In this document: piece by piece, positions 31,902-41,855 of the stretch
How the letters are laid out: the number at the start of each line of letters is the position of its first letter
How positions within the stretch are numbered: position 1 is the first letter of the stretch
Source: Candidatus Latescibacterota bacterium
GTDB lineage: Bacteria; Latescibacterota; UBA2968
DNA length: 64,000 nt
NCBI GenBank assembly: GCA_965222605.1
Contig: OZ244960.1
Coordinates: 2,336,001-2,400,000 of the forward strand
Direction of reading: 5' to 3'
Program-made: the position numbers and the translations under genes
The notes under the pieces: generated by a model
Seen by the model: the letters and a program-made list of their open reading frames with translations, nothing else
The model's database searches: none
Told to the model about the DNA's origin: nothing

Positions 31902-33311
31902 ATGCCAGCTCGCGCCTATAAAAGTCTCCCCCCACCCCCCAAATTACGCAAACCAGGCCGATGGGTATTCTTCTGCATGCTGATATCCGTCAGTATGCTC
32001 TTCGGTCTTGGTAAAGAGCCAGCAAAAACGAAAAAACATGAACCCGTCGCAAAAATGACCGAAGAAAGTTCCACAGAACCCGTTTCGGTTGAAGCAGATG
32101 CAGTTGAAGCAGACCTCATCCTCCCACTTACCCCCCCAAAATCTAAATCTACCAGAATTGTGGGATATATTGCAAATAAAGAAAATCTCACCGAAGCCCT
32201 CATGAGCGAAAATATCTCGCGCCCTGATGTTCTCGAGCTTATCGATGTACTGCACAGAGATATTAAACGCGCGTCATTCAATCCCAATATTGTTCGGCGT
32301 GGGGATCGCTATGAACTGGTAATCGACAGCCGCTCTACCATACAGCACCTGAAATACACCAGACAGGGCGACCACGAAACGCAATTTATTGTCGAACGCA
32401 TAGATGGTCAACTCAAAGCCAGGCAAGAAAACCTGTCATTGAAGCGCGAGGCCATTATCGTATCTGGCCGTATAACAGACAACATCTGGAGCGCACTTCA
32501 AGAAACCGGTGAAAACCCGGCCCTTCTGTGCGACAAACTCGAATACATGTTTGAATATTATATCGACTTTTACAACGATTGCAGAACAGGCGACCTATTT
32601 ACTTTTGCCGTTGAAAAACTCTACGGCAAATCCGGTGCCTTTGTCCGATATGGCGATATTCTCGCAGCCCAATACGAAGGCAACAAAGAATCTTTTCAAG
32701 CATTTCTCTATGTTGATCCCAGTGGCAGAGACAGTTATTACGACTCAAAAGGCCGCTCCCTCCAGGGGCTTTTCTTGCGTAAACCGCTAAATTTTACTCG
32801 CATCAGTTCCAAATATTCCAGCCGCAGATTTCATCCCATTCTGAAAAAATATACTGCCCATCACGGGGTAGATTACGCCGCCCCCCACGGCACAAAAGTC
32901 TGGGCAATAGCCGATGGGACGATTTCTTTTGTCGGACGCAAAGGTCCGCTTGGCAACTATATCGAAATCGAACACAACAATGGTTACAAAACCGGCTATG
33001 GTCATCTGAGGAGCTTTGCGCGGGGACTGAGAGCAGGACAGCGCGTCAACCAAAAACAAACCATCGGTTATGTGGGTTCCACCGGACGCGCCACAGGCCC
33101 ACACGTACACTTCAACTTTTATACCACAGTAAATGGCAAATACAAACTGACCAACCCAACGCGGAAAATCAATCGCCCCGCAGGTCAACCCATTCCCGAA
33201 AAATATATGGCATATTTTCGCCAGCAGCGCGATCAGTATTTCGCGCTCTTAGATCGCAAAAACGGTTCGATTGTCACGACCGCATTGCCGCTAAGGGTCG
33301 TAGCAGAGTAG
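31902..33311 (+). CDS. M23 peptidoglycan DD-endopeptidase (MepM/Csd3-like)
   Basis: RFHPIL, HHGVDYAAP, YGHL, STGRATGPHVHF. Confidence 0.92.
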   Translation: MPARAYKSLPPPPKLRKPGRWVFFCMLISVSMLFGLGKEPAKTKKHEPVAKMTEESSTEPVSVEADAVEADLILPLTPPKSKSTRIVGYIANKENLTEALMSENISRPDVLELIDVLHRDIKRASFNPNIVRRGDRYELVIDSRSTIQHLKYTRQGDHETQFIVERIDGQLKARQENLSLKREAIIVSGRITDNIWSALQETGENPALLCDKLEYMFEYYIDFYNDCRTGDLFTFAVEKLYGKSGAFVRYGDILAAQYEGNKESFQAFLYVDPSGRDSYYDSKGRSLQGLFLRKPLNFTRISSKYSSRRFHPILKKYTAHHGVDYAAPHGTKVWAIADGTISFVGRKGPLGNYIEIEHNNGYKTGYGHLRSFARGLRAGQRVNQKQTIGYVGSTGRATGPHVHFNFYTTVNGKYKLTNPTRKINRPAGQPIPEKYMAYFRQQRDQYFALLDRKNGSIVTTALPLRVVAE

Positions 33312-33410
33312 ATACCAGACACTTTTCTCACCCCCTTGGGTGACCTGTCCCGCTGCATTTCTAAATTCTGTAACCGTGAGCATTCACGGTCTTTTTTTTA
33401 GAGTTATCTC

Positions 33411-34562
33411 ATGAAAGTCGCCTATTTCGACTGTTTTGCTGGCATCAGCGGCGACATGACCCTCGGCGCGCTCGTCGATGCGGGCCTGTCTTTTGCCGCC
33501 CTGAAATCCGAACTCGACAAACTCAGTGTGCGCGAATTTACCCTCTCTCAGCGTCGCGTGGAAAAACACGGCATTGCCGGCACCAAAATAGACGTCAACG
33601 CTCGGGAAGGCCACGTCCACCGGCACCTGAAAGACGTACTTAAAATCATCAACAGCAGCTCAATATCGGCCTCTGCAAAAGAAAAAGCCGCGCGCGTTTT
33701 TCAAAAACTCGCCGAAGCCGAAGCAAAAATCCACGGCACCACCATTGAAGCGGTACACTTCCACGAAGTGGGCGCAGTAGATGCCATCGTCGATGTCGTC
33801 GGCGCTATCGTCGGCCTCGAACTCCTCAATATCGAAGCGATCTACGCCTCCAAATTCCGATTTGGCTCGGGCCATACGCGGGGCGCACACGGAGCAATGC
33901 CCATCCCGGTTCCCGCAGTCGTAGAAATGACAAAAGGCTTTCCCGCCGAACGCACAGATATCCCGTATGAACTCGTCACCCCCACCGGTGCGGCCCTCCT
34001 CACGGCACTCGCCTCTAATATTGGCGAAACAATTCAACTTCGCACAGAAAGCACGGGTTATGGCGCTGGCACGCGCGATGTCGAACAGGTGCCCAACCTC
34101 CTCCGCATTGAAATCGGCGAACTCGTCGCAGATCCCCAGACCGATTCTCCCGTTCTTCTGGAAACAAATATCGACGACATGACTCCTGAAATTTACGGCT
34201 ACCTCATCGACCGCCTGCTCGAAGCCGGTGCTCGCGACGCCTTCCTCACCCCCGTCATCATGAAAAAAGGCCGCCCAGGCATTCAACTCACTGTCCTGGC
34301 CGACCCCAACAAAGAAACCGAACTCACCCAACTCATCTTTTCAGAAACCACCACCCTCGGCATCCGCCGCCTCCCCGTTCAACGCCACACCCTCGAACGC
34401 CGCACAGACACCGTCCAAACCCCGTATGGACCCATCCGCGTCAAAATCGCCGACATTGGCGGCAAACAACGCATCACCCCCGAATACGACGACTGCGCCC
34501 GCATTGCACGCGAAAAACAGGTGCCCATCCTCGACGTTTACAAAGCTGTCAATTTATTATAA
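33411..34562 (+). CDS. larC: Nickel-pincer cofactor biosynthesis protein LarC
   Basis: GISGDMTLGAL, HFHEVGAVD, TPTGAA, ETNIDD, MKKGRPG, PEYDD. Confidence 0.93.
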   Translation: MKVAYFDCFAGISGDMTLGALVDAGLSFAALKSELDKLSVREFTLSQRRVEKHGIAGTKIDVNAREGHVHRHLKDVLKIINSSSISASAKEKAARVFQKLAEAEAKIHGTTIEAVHFHEVGAVDAIVDVVGAIVGLELLNIEAIYASKFRFGSGHTRGAHGAMPIPVPAVVEMTKGFPAERTDIPYELVTPTGAALLTALASNIGETIQLRTESTGYGAGTRDVEQVPNLLRIEIGELVADPQTDSPVLLETNIDDMTPEIYGYLIDRLLEAGARDAFLTPVIMKKGRPGIQLTVLADPNKETELTQLIFSETTTLGIRRLPVQRHTLERRTDTVQTPYGPIRVKIADIGGKQRITPEYDDCARIAREKQVPILDVYKAVNLL

Positions 34563-34625
34563 TTCAAATCAAGAACGATTCACAAACGGGTCTGGATCGT
34601 ATTTTGAATGATGTTGCGAAATGCA

Positions 34626-35150
34626 CTATAGCACTTGATAGCCATCCATAGCCTGCCACATATAAATTCTTCTGCATTGTGCGCATAAAAAAAGAATATT
34701 ATCGTCATCAAGCGGATCGTAGAGTTTCTCAATCAGCGTTGATTTTCCATACTTTTCATATAAGTCTTTGAGCGTCTCCGGGGGAATCGCGCGCAATGCC
34801 TCTTTAGAAATCTCCGGTTTTATGCCCCACAGAGGTCTCAAATCAAACCCACACCCGCACTGTCTATCGCGCATATCTCCGTCCCGTCTGTGTACGCGCT
34901 CATCGTCAAACCATCTCCAATCGTATAGTCTTTTGCACTTTAAACACAACTCATAATGGGTTGCCGTACCCGGCATCTTCTCGTTTTCTATGAGGCGATT
35001 AATCTCCTCCTGTTCTGGCAACTCTTGCACCTTCTTTGTCCCAACCAAACAGTATCGGCAGCGACGATTTTTCTGGCGCAGATAAAAAATCAGATAGATA
35101 GGACCTACCACAATAATCAGCAGAAAAATAATAGACAATAATGGTTCCAT
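34626..35150 (-). CDS. Membrane-anchored Cys-rich hypothetical protein
   Basis: N-terminal TM; CRYC, CLKC, CGC, CAQC. Confidence 0.6.
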   Translation of the reverse strand: MEPLLSIIFLLIIVVGPIYLIFYLRQKNRRCRYCLVGTKKVQELPEQEEINRLIENEKMPGTATHYELCLKCKRLYDWRWFDDERVHRRDGDMRDRQCGCGFDLRPLWGIKPEISKEALRAIPPETLKDLYEKYGKSTLIEKLYDPLDDDNILFLCAQCRRIYMWQAMDGYQVL

Positions 35151-35334
35151 TGTTACTCCAGTTGTAAACCACTTCATCACTTCAGAGGCGAGGTTTTTTC
35201 AGCAAGCCTCTAACTGGGAATGATAAAAGCCCCGCATCATGTGGGAGCTTTTTTATGCAGGGATTTATCCCGGCATACCTCAAATAACCTCATCGCGCCT
35301 ATCTTCAACCTGCACCACGTCAATCGTATAATGG

Positions 35335-36591
35335 TGGAGTTACCCCGCTTCGGTGGCGTATTTAGGGCTTGTGTTTCAAGCCTGTGATTGATGCAGCTTT
35401 TCATAAGCTATCGGCGCATGGTAGGCGATGGAAGAATGCCTGCGATGCGGGTTATACCACCCTTCAATGTAGGAGAAGAGAGCCAACCGCGCTTCATGCT
35501 TGCGTACGGAAAGATCGGCGATTGATCAACTCACACTCAAGGGTGGCGAAGAAGCTCTCGCAAAGTGCGTTGTCATAGCAGTCGCCAGCAGACCCCATTG
35601 AGGGACGCACGCCAGCCTGGCGACAACGCTTTCCAAATGCTATGGAGGTATATTGCGCCCCCTGGTCAGAATGGTGGATCACGCTTTGTGGGCGACGCTG
35701 CCAAAGGGCCATGTTCAAAGCCTTCAAGACCAACTCGCTCTGCAGGTGTGTCGCCATTGCCCAACCCACGACGCGGCGAGAGAAGGCATCCATGACAACA
35801 CTGAGATACAAGAAGCCAGACCAGGTGGGTACGTAGGTGATGTCAGCCACCCAGAGTTTATTGACCGTTGCAGCAGTGAAGTCTCTCTTTACCAGATCAG
35901 GAGCCTTATCAGCTTTTTGCGCCTTACGCGTCGTTTGCGTGCTCTTTCGGCGACTAACGCCACAAATGTCCATCTCACGCATCAGACGCGCTACGCGCTT
36001 CTTACCTACAAGGATGTCTATATCCATCAGATCTTTCCAGATGCGAGGGGCACCATAGGTGCCATCTGATCGGGTGTGGAAGGCTTTGATATGCGCCTTC
36101 AACTGCGTATCAACCTTTGCTCGTTTGGAGGGTGGACGTGTTCGCCAAGCATAATACCCGCTGAGGGAGACACCCAGCACGCGGCATTGCGTGGCGATTG
36201 GCCAAAGTGCCTGATGCGCTTTCACTAACGCGAAGATTTTCTGGGGATCGCGTCGGTCTCCGCTGCGAATTAGCCCGCTGCTTTTGACAGGATCTCGCGC
36301 TCGATGCGCAACTGCTTATTCTCGCGTCGAAGACGACGCAACTCTTCTCGCTCAGCACTGGTCAGACCGTCTTCTCGAAGTCCCTGGTCTCGATCAGCCT
36401 GACCTATCCAGTTTTGGATCGTCTGAGCGGTTGGCTCAAACTCTCTGGCCAATTCAGAAGGACTGCGACCAGCGCGCACAAGCTCGACGATCTGGCGCTT
36501 CAACTCGGGTGGATAAGGGGGACGTGTTGGTGGCATAGTGGGTCTCCTTTCTAACTACTCATAAGGTACCCACCAAAACGGGTCAAGTCCA
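35335..36591 (-). mobile_element. IS3-family element, inactivated
   Basis: Imperfect terminal IRs TGGAGTTACCCCGCTTCGGTGG and TGGACTTGACCCGTTTTGGTGG; 1257 bp; orfA plus orfB. Confidence 0.9.
35376..36536 (-). pseudogene. IS3 transposase OrfA/OrfB with a premature stop and a frameshift
   Basis: OrfA KAAG*FA where a Trp is typical; OrfB WVADITY, HSDQGAQY, DNALCESFF; 1-nt shift near 35496 before EARLALFSYIEGWYN. Confidence 0.85.
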
Positions 36592-36622
36592 GTTGCTGAT
36601 TTCGGCTGGCAGCAGCAGAGCC

Positions 36623-38020
36623 TCAGTACCGTGTTTCTACGTAAATTGCGGCCCGCCCAGGACAGGGATAGCCGGACTTGTCTTTGTGGGGGTTAAGCCG
36701 GGAGGTCATTTTCTTCCGAGGGAAGTGCTTGCCGCAATAAGCGCATTCATAGATGTAGCGTGGCCCGCTGGTCCGACTTACTCGTCTGCGTCTCGGTCGA
36801 GACGCGGCTGATCGGGTTGCAGTCGGCGGGATGATGGCTGGGCCCTGTGGTCTCAACTCCACTACATAGCGCGGGATGAAACTTTGCCCAGTTGTCTGCG
36901 CGCCCTGGATGCGATCAATGCGATAACTGCGGTGTCCACCATCGGAGGCCCTTATGGCGTGCAGAACGATATTGCCGTCATGGGTGCGCCGCAGAGAATA
37001 AGGCTCAATCCGCCGGACAGATCCCTGGTACTTCAGATCCACGCACAAATGGTTGGCAGCGGCAAAGCGGATGATCTCCAGGAATGACTGTGCGGCACCA
37101 GAGACCGGTAGGCGCAGTGTGCGTTCTCTGAGCACGGTTTCACCAGCGGCCATCTGGTATGTGGCCAGCACAGTGGGCGCCACGCCGGTTTCAAGCCAGG
37201 CAAAGAAATCGGGAAGTGCGCTCCAGAAAGATTCGACGGGCGGCAGAGCCTGAAGCTGGTGAGCCAGCATCGATTGCCAGGAACCTTCAAGATCGTCCCT
37301 GTGTATCTCCAGTTCAACAAGGGCCGGAACAGGAATACTGCGGTGAGCACATTTTTGCTTCAGGACATCGTGCAGGACAGTAGACTGCGGCCGTGCTTCG
37401 TTGTTGCGAAAAAGATTAATGACATCATAGAGATCGCGGGGCCGGGCACGCTCACCCAGGGCGCGGACCTTTTCAGCAAAGGCTTCTTCATAGGCGTAGC
37501 ACCTGATACTGATCCCCTCTGCCGGCACATCGCTGTAGTCGTGAAAGATGACAGGTTCCGCTGGCGGCAGGACAAGAAGCTCATCGAGTGTCAAATCAAG
37601 CTTGATGCGCGGTAGGCCGCCTGAGCGCGGAGCGATCGGTCCTCGGTAGCTGAGTTTGCCCTGGCAGGACACCGTGCCGCGTGGGTTTTCAAAGACCTCG
37701 AATTCCTGCATCTCTTCGGGGATCTCAATGCCGGTTTGCTCATAGATCCATTCGCCGATTTCGCGGAAGACCGCGACCAGGAATTCCTGATCAATGCGAG
37801 AGGGATCGGTAAGTGTAAAATCAAGGTCTTCGGAGAATCGGTAAGTTTCGAAATAGCATTTCTTAAGGCAGGTCCCACCCTTAAAAATCCAGTTTTCTGC
37901 AAGAGCAGCGTGCTGATAGATACCGGCGAGAACCCAGCCGAGCACATAGTCCTTTTCGACAACCTGGGGCAGCAAACCAAAGGTACTCGCGATATCGAGA
38001 ATTTCGCGGCGGTCAATCAT
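36623..38020 (-). CDS. AbiEii-family nucleotidyltransferase toxin fused to a WYL domain and a C-terminal Zn-finger-like motif
   Basis: VEKDY, FKGGTCLKKCY, RFSEDLDF, AEKVRAL, PRDLYD; RRIEPYSL...RSYRIDRI; CAYC...H...C. Confidence 0.85.
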   Translation of the reverse strand: MIDRREILDIASTFGLLPQVVEKDYVLGWVLAGIYQHAALAENWIFKGGTCLKKCYFETYRFSEDLDFTLTDPSRIDQEFLVAVFREIGEWIYEQTGIEIPEEMQEFEVFENPRGTVSCQGKLSYRGPIAPRSGGLPRIKLDLTLDELLVLPPAEPVIFHDYSDVPAEGISIRCYAYEEAFAEKVRALGERARPRDLYDVINLFRNNEARPQSTVLHDVLKQKCAHRSIPVPALVELEIHRDDLEGSWQSMLAHQLQALPPVESFWSALPDFFAWLETGVAPTVLATYQMAAGETVLRERTLRLPVSGAAQSFLEIIRFAAANHLCVDLKYQGSVRRIEPYSLRRTHDGNIVLHAIRASDGGHRSYRIDRIQGAQTTGQSFIPRYVVELRPQGPAIIPPTATRSAASRPRRRRVSRTSGPRYIYECAYCGKHFPRKKMTSRLNPHKDKSGYPCPGRAAIYVETRY

Positions 38021-38823
38021 GCGGACGCCGCCTTCGCCCAGTTCTCAGGCATAAGGAGACGCCATCGGGATATGAGACGGCGGCATGAAAGCCTCGGGTC
38101 AAGTTTGGCATTGCCCTGGGTCAGACGCGCGCGGCACGCCTCAACAAGGGTAGCAGTGCCGGGTCCGCGTTCTGCCAGAAAGCCCAGGCGCTTGAATACG
38201 GCACCGTTACCGAGCCGGTCTGCATAGGCAATCAGTTTGTCATCATCCCTGTCCTTGCGGTCAAAATAGACTGCAAGACAATCGGCAACATGCTGGATAC
38301 CGGCTCCAAGCTCCGGATCGTCGAGCATATCGATGATGGTGCGGTGAACATCCGATACAGCGATCTGGGTTCTTCCGCGCCAGACGGTCTTCGTGCCGAA
38401 AATCATACTCTGCCGGACATGCTTCAGGGTGAAGTGTGCGCCATGGCGGTGCTGGCTTTTAGTACGCACGGCCCGCGCTGTCATCACAACAATATCGCGA
38501 AAGATCTGCTCCGTCAGATCCCAGTGTTCGGCGGCAGTCCGGCCGCCGATGTAGGCCGGCTTAAAAAGCGCAGGCACCAGCACCCAGGGATCATCAAGAA
38601 CCTGCTCGCTGCCAAGGGAATCAAGGCCAACAGGTGCGTACACACCCGGACCGACACGCCGCAGCCAGCCCTGTCCCCTCCAACGGGAGAGAAGCTTGGC
38701 GGCGTCGGAACGACTAACGGAAAGGGCATGTTCAGCATCGGCGATATGAATGATATCACCAGCGGCCCGAATAACGGTGGTCAGCCTGAGGCGTCCCTTA
38801 GGTATGGCGGTCTCTGAGTTCAT
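38017..38823 (-). CDS. AbiEi-family antitoxin / transcriptional regulator
   Basis: GWLRRVGPGVY wHTH, YIGGRTAAEHWDLTEQI, SDVHRTIID, KRLGFL; ATGA overlap with the toxin. Confidence 0.88.
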   Translation of the reverse strand: MNSETAIPKGRLRLTTVIRAAGDIIHIADAEHALSVSRSDAAKLLSRWRGQGWLRRVGPGVYAPVGLDSLGSEQVLDDPWVLVPALFKPAYIGGRTAAEHWDLTEQIFRDIVVMTARAVRTKSQHRHGAHFTLKHVRQSMIFGTKTVWRGRTQIAVSDVHRTIIDMLDDPELGAGIQHVADCLAVYFDRKDRDDDKLIAYADRLGNGAVFKRLGFLAERGPGTATLVEACRARLTQGNAKLDPRLSCRRLISRWRLLMPENWAKAASA

Positions 38824-39031
38824 GGTATGTATAGTCAAATTGCAAAAAATCGCATTTTATGTGAATTTTCGTCTCTACAATACATAATATATGTATAGAC
38901 TGGCTCAATGCCAAGTTCATCCAAAAGTTCTGTCAGAAAAAATTTTCGTATTCCTGAAAAATTAGAGTGACCTTTCAAACAATATATCCCAAAGCCAAAA
39001 GGGAGTCAACGAACCCTGAGTCACAAAGGGC

Positions 39032-39070
39032 AATAAAAAAGCACGCTCCGTTAGAGCGTGCTTTTTATTT
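39032..39070. terminator. Bidirectional intrinsic terminator
   Basis: aataaaaaa-gcacgctc-cgtta-gagcgtgc-tttttattt. Confidence 0.8.
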
Positions 39071-39141
39071 CTTGAGATATCCGGTCTATCTTTATCAATA
39101 TCCTCACTTCCCTCTTCTGGTCTAATCGACTCATACGCCGG

Positions 39142-40125
39142 TTAGACCGTCCTGTCCCTCGCAGCGATCTCCGCCAGGAGCTTGACGGCCGCGTACACGG
39201 CCCTGGTGTTGGGCACGGGGACATCGAGCATCTCTCCAAGCTCGATGACAGTGCCCACAACGGCTTCAAGTTCCATCGGCCTTCCAGCCTCCAGGTCCTG
39301 AAGCATAGAGGTCTTGTGCTCGCCCACGGCGACAGCTCCCGCGATGCGCCGCTCGACCGAGATTGGCACCCTCACGCCAAGGGCGCGGGCCACCGCGTCG
39401 GCCTCCTCCATGACGGAGTGAGCCAGAGCGCGGGCCTCGGGATGCGTGGCGATTTCCACCAGAGTCGCGCGAGTCAGTGCGCTGATGGGATTGAAGGCGA
39501 CATTCCCCAGCAGCTTGACCCACATGTCTCCCCGTATCCGGGACCTGATCGGACAGCGCAGACCTGATTCCTTCAAGGCGTCGGCCAACCTTCTGCACCG
39601 CTCACTGGTCGAGCCTTCCGGCTCGCCGATCGCGAACCTGTTGCCCTCCACATGCTCGATCACCCCTGGCTCAGCGATGGAAGCCGAGGGATAGACGATG
39701 CATCCGACGACACGCTCGGCGGGAATGGCGGAGGAGACGACCTCGTTCGGGTCCAGCCTCTCGATCCGCCTTCCGTCCCAATGGCCGCCGTGACCATGGA
39801 AGTACCACCACGGGATGCCGTTTTGGGTCGATATAACGGCCGTCTCCGGCCCGAGAAGCGGTCCCAGCCTGGGGGCGACCTCTGGAAGGCTGTGAGCCTT
39901 GACCGTGAGAAAGACAAAGTCAACCTCGCCCACCTGATCGTAATCGTCCGTTGCGGTAGGATGGGCCTCGAAGTCGCCTTCCGGACTCCGCACGCGGACG
40001 CCGCGCGACTGCATGGCTTGAAGGTGCGGACCACGCGCGATCAGGAAGACCTCGTGACCGGACACGCTGAGTTTAGCACCCAGGTAAGCCCCAATAGCCC
40101 CGGCACCGACCAATGCGAACCTCAC
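39142..40125 (-). CDS. Ketopantoate reductase-family protein (possible oxalyl-CoA reductase)
   Basis: GAGAIG, QNGIPWWYF, WVKLLGNVAFNP, KTSMLQDLEAGRPME. Confidence 0.85.
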   Translation of the reverse strand: MRFALVGAGAIGAYLGAKLSVSGHEVFLIARGPHLQAMQSRGVRVRSPEGDFEAHPTATDDYDQVGEVDFVFLTVKAHSLPEVAPRLGPLLGPETAVISTQNGIPWWYFHGHGGHWDGRRIERLDPNEVVSSAIPAERVVGCIVYPSASIAEPGVIEHVEGNRFAIGEPEGSTSERCRRLADALKESGLRCPIRSRIRGDMWVKLLGNVAFNPISALTRATLVEIATHPEARALAHSVMEEADAVARALGVRVPISVERRIAGAVAVGEHKTSMLQDLEAGRPMELEAVVGTVIELGEMLDVPVPNTRAVYAAVKLLAEIAARDRTV

Positions 40126-41645
40126 GTCGAAGGCCCTCCGGTGATGACCTCCGCGACGATCCGGCGCTGCACCTTGCCCGTTGCCGTCCGTGGGATGGTA
40201 TCTACTATGTGAATCCTGCGCGGGATCTTGAAGGAGGCCAGGCTCTGCCGGCAGTGGGCGATCAGCTCCTTCTCCGTCGCCTCGGAGCCGAGAACGATCG
40301 CCGCGGCGGGCTCCTCTCCGTGGGTAGGGTGCAGGACTCCGAACGACACGGCCTCCGATACGGCGGGGTGCGACAGCAGCACCTCGTCAATCTCGACCGG
40401 AGAAATCTTTTCGCCACTGCGGTTGATGAGTTCCTTGATCCGGCCCCGCAGCGTCAGCACCCCGTTCTCGTCAAGCTCGCCCTGGTCTCCGGTCCTGAAC
40501 CAGGTGCCGACGAACGAAGAAGCGTTCGCCTCGGGGTTGGACTCGTATCCCCGGATCACGTTGGGGCCACTGATCACCACCTCGCCAACCGTACCCGGCG
40601 TCTGAAACTCGCCCGCTTCGTCCATGATCCCGATCTTCACGCCGGTCCCCTGCCCGACCGAGCCGGGGATGCGATTGCCAGGAGGCAGGGGGTTCGACGC
40701 CATCTGGTGTGCGGCCTCCGTCATGCCATAGGCTTCAACCACCGGTACGCTGAAGATCGACTCCATCTGCTGCATTGTAGCCGGGGCGAGAGCCGCGCTG
40801 CACGAGCGGATAAAGCGCAGTCTATCCGCATTCCGGGACGCACGCCCACTCCGGGCCCTGGACAGCAGCGCCCGGAACATCGTCGGCACCGCGGAGAACC
40901 ACGTGACCTCGTACTCCTCGACGAGCGGCCAGAACCCCAGCGGGTTGAAGCGCGGCGGCACGACCACGGTCCCGCCCGAGTGGAGAGTCGAGAGCGTCGA
41001 TGCCATCAGCCCATGCACATGAAACAGCGGCATGATACAGAGCGATACGTCCCTGTCGGACAGGTCGTAGGTCTCGACGATGTTCTCGACGGATACGGTG
41101 AGGTTCCGGTGCGCCAGCGGCACGCGCTTGGGGCGGCTGGTCGTCCCGCTGGTGTGCAGCACGAGCGCCACGTCGTCAGGCTCTGGCAGAGCGGTTTCGC
41201 GACCCTCCGCTGCGGCTCCGGACCCCGTCAGACTGACGCGGCCCGATTCGTCGAGCGCGGCCCGGATGTCCATCACCGAGGCTGGGGCCGCGCTGCGGGC
41301 CTCCTCGCCTCCGTCGTCCGAGGTGATGAGCGCCGTGGCCTTGGTGTCGTCCATGTAGAACTCGAACTCTGCGGCCTTATAGGCGGGGTTCAACGGAGCT
41401 GCCGTGCCAGCCGCCGCGACCGCCAGAAATGTCACAATCGCTTCTATGCCGTTGGGCAGGACGATGGCTACCCTGTCTCCACGGTCTATGCCCCTGGCGC
41501 GGAGCTGCGCCGCGAGCGTCTGCACCTGACGCCGCAGCGAGTCATAATTCACAACAGGCCCACCAGGGGCCACTATAGCCGGGTGCGATGGCGCACCCGA
41601 TTCGAGCAGGTCAAGCAGTGTTTCTGGAGGGGTTTTGCCGGACAT
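40122..41645 (-). CDS. Acyl-CoA synthetase, oxalate-CoA ligase-like
   Basis: LHTSGTTSRPKRVPL, PLFHVHGL, RFIRSCS, EAYGMTEAAHQMASNPLPP, WFRTGDQG. Confidence 0.88.
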   Translation of the reverse strand: MSGKTPPETLLDLLESGAPSHPAIVAPGGPVVNYDSLRRQVQTLAAQLRARGIDRGDRVAIVLPNGIEAIVTFLAVAAAGTAAPLNPAYKAAEFEFYMDDTKATALITSDDGGEEARSAAPASVMDIRAALDESGRVSLTGSGAAAEGRETALPEPDDVALVLHTSGTTSRPKRVPLAHRNLTVSVENIVETYDLSDRDVSLCIMPLFHVHGLMASTLSTLHSGGTVVVPPRFNPLGFWPLVEEYEVTWFSAVPTMFRALLSRARSGRASRNADRLRFIRSCSAALAPATMQQMESIFSVPVVEAYGMTEAAHQMASNPLPPGNRIPGSVGQGTGVKIGIMDEAGEFQTPGTVGEVVISGPNVIRGYESNPEANASSFVGTWFRTGDQGELDENGVLTLRGRIKELINRSGEKISPVEIDEVLLSHPAVSEAVSFGVLHPTHGEEPAAAIVLGSEATEKELIAHCRQSLASFKIPRRIHIVDTIPRTATGKVQRRIVAEVITGGPST

Positions 41646-41855
41646 TCAGTCTCTCCTCTGTAGAGCGTTCGGGCGGACCTGGTGCGTGGGACGCACCAGT
41701 TAGGTTTGTGTTCTATAAAGAATATATTAGAGAAAAACAAAAATCAAGATCGATATGAACAGCCTTGTTCCCACGATGCAATAGACAGTTGCCAGAACCG
41801 AATTCACCCACTATTTTACCAGAGAACTCATGACACAAAAACAGCGGAGGACATA

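Noticed and set aside
34566-34628. In-frame continuation after TAG (CISQHHSKYDPDPFVNRS), suggesting readthrough
   Set aside because: Only 18 codons; chance or a simple nonsense mutation is as likely, and no recoding signal is seen
40113-41663. 516-aa plus-strand ORF
   Set aside because: Antisense shadow of the GC-rich acyl-CoA ligase; Arg-rich, no motifs
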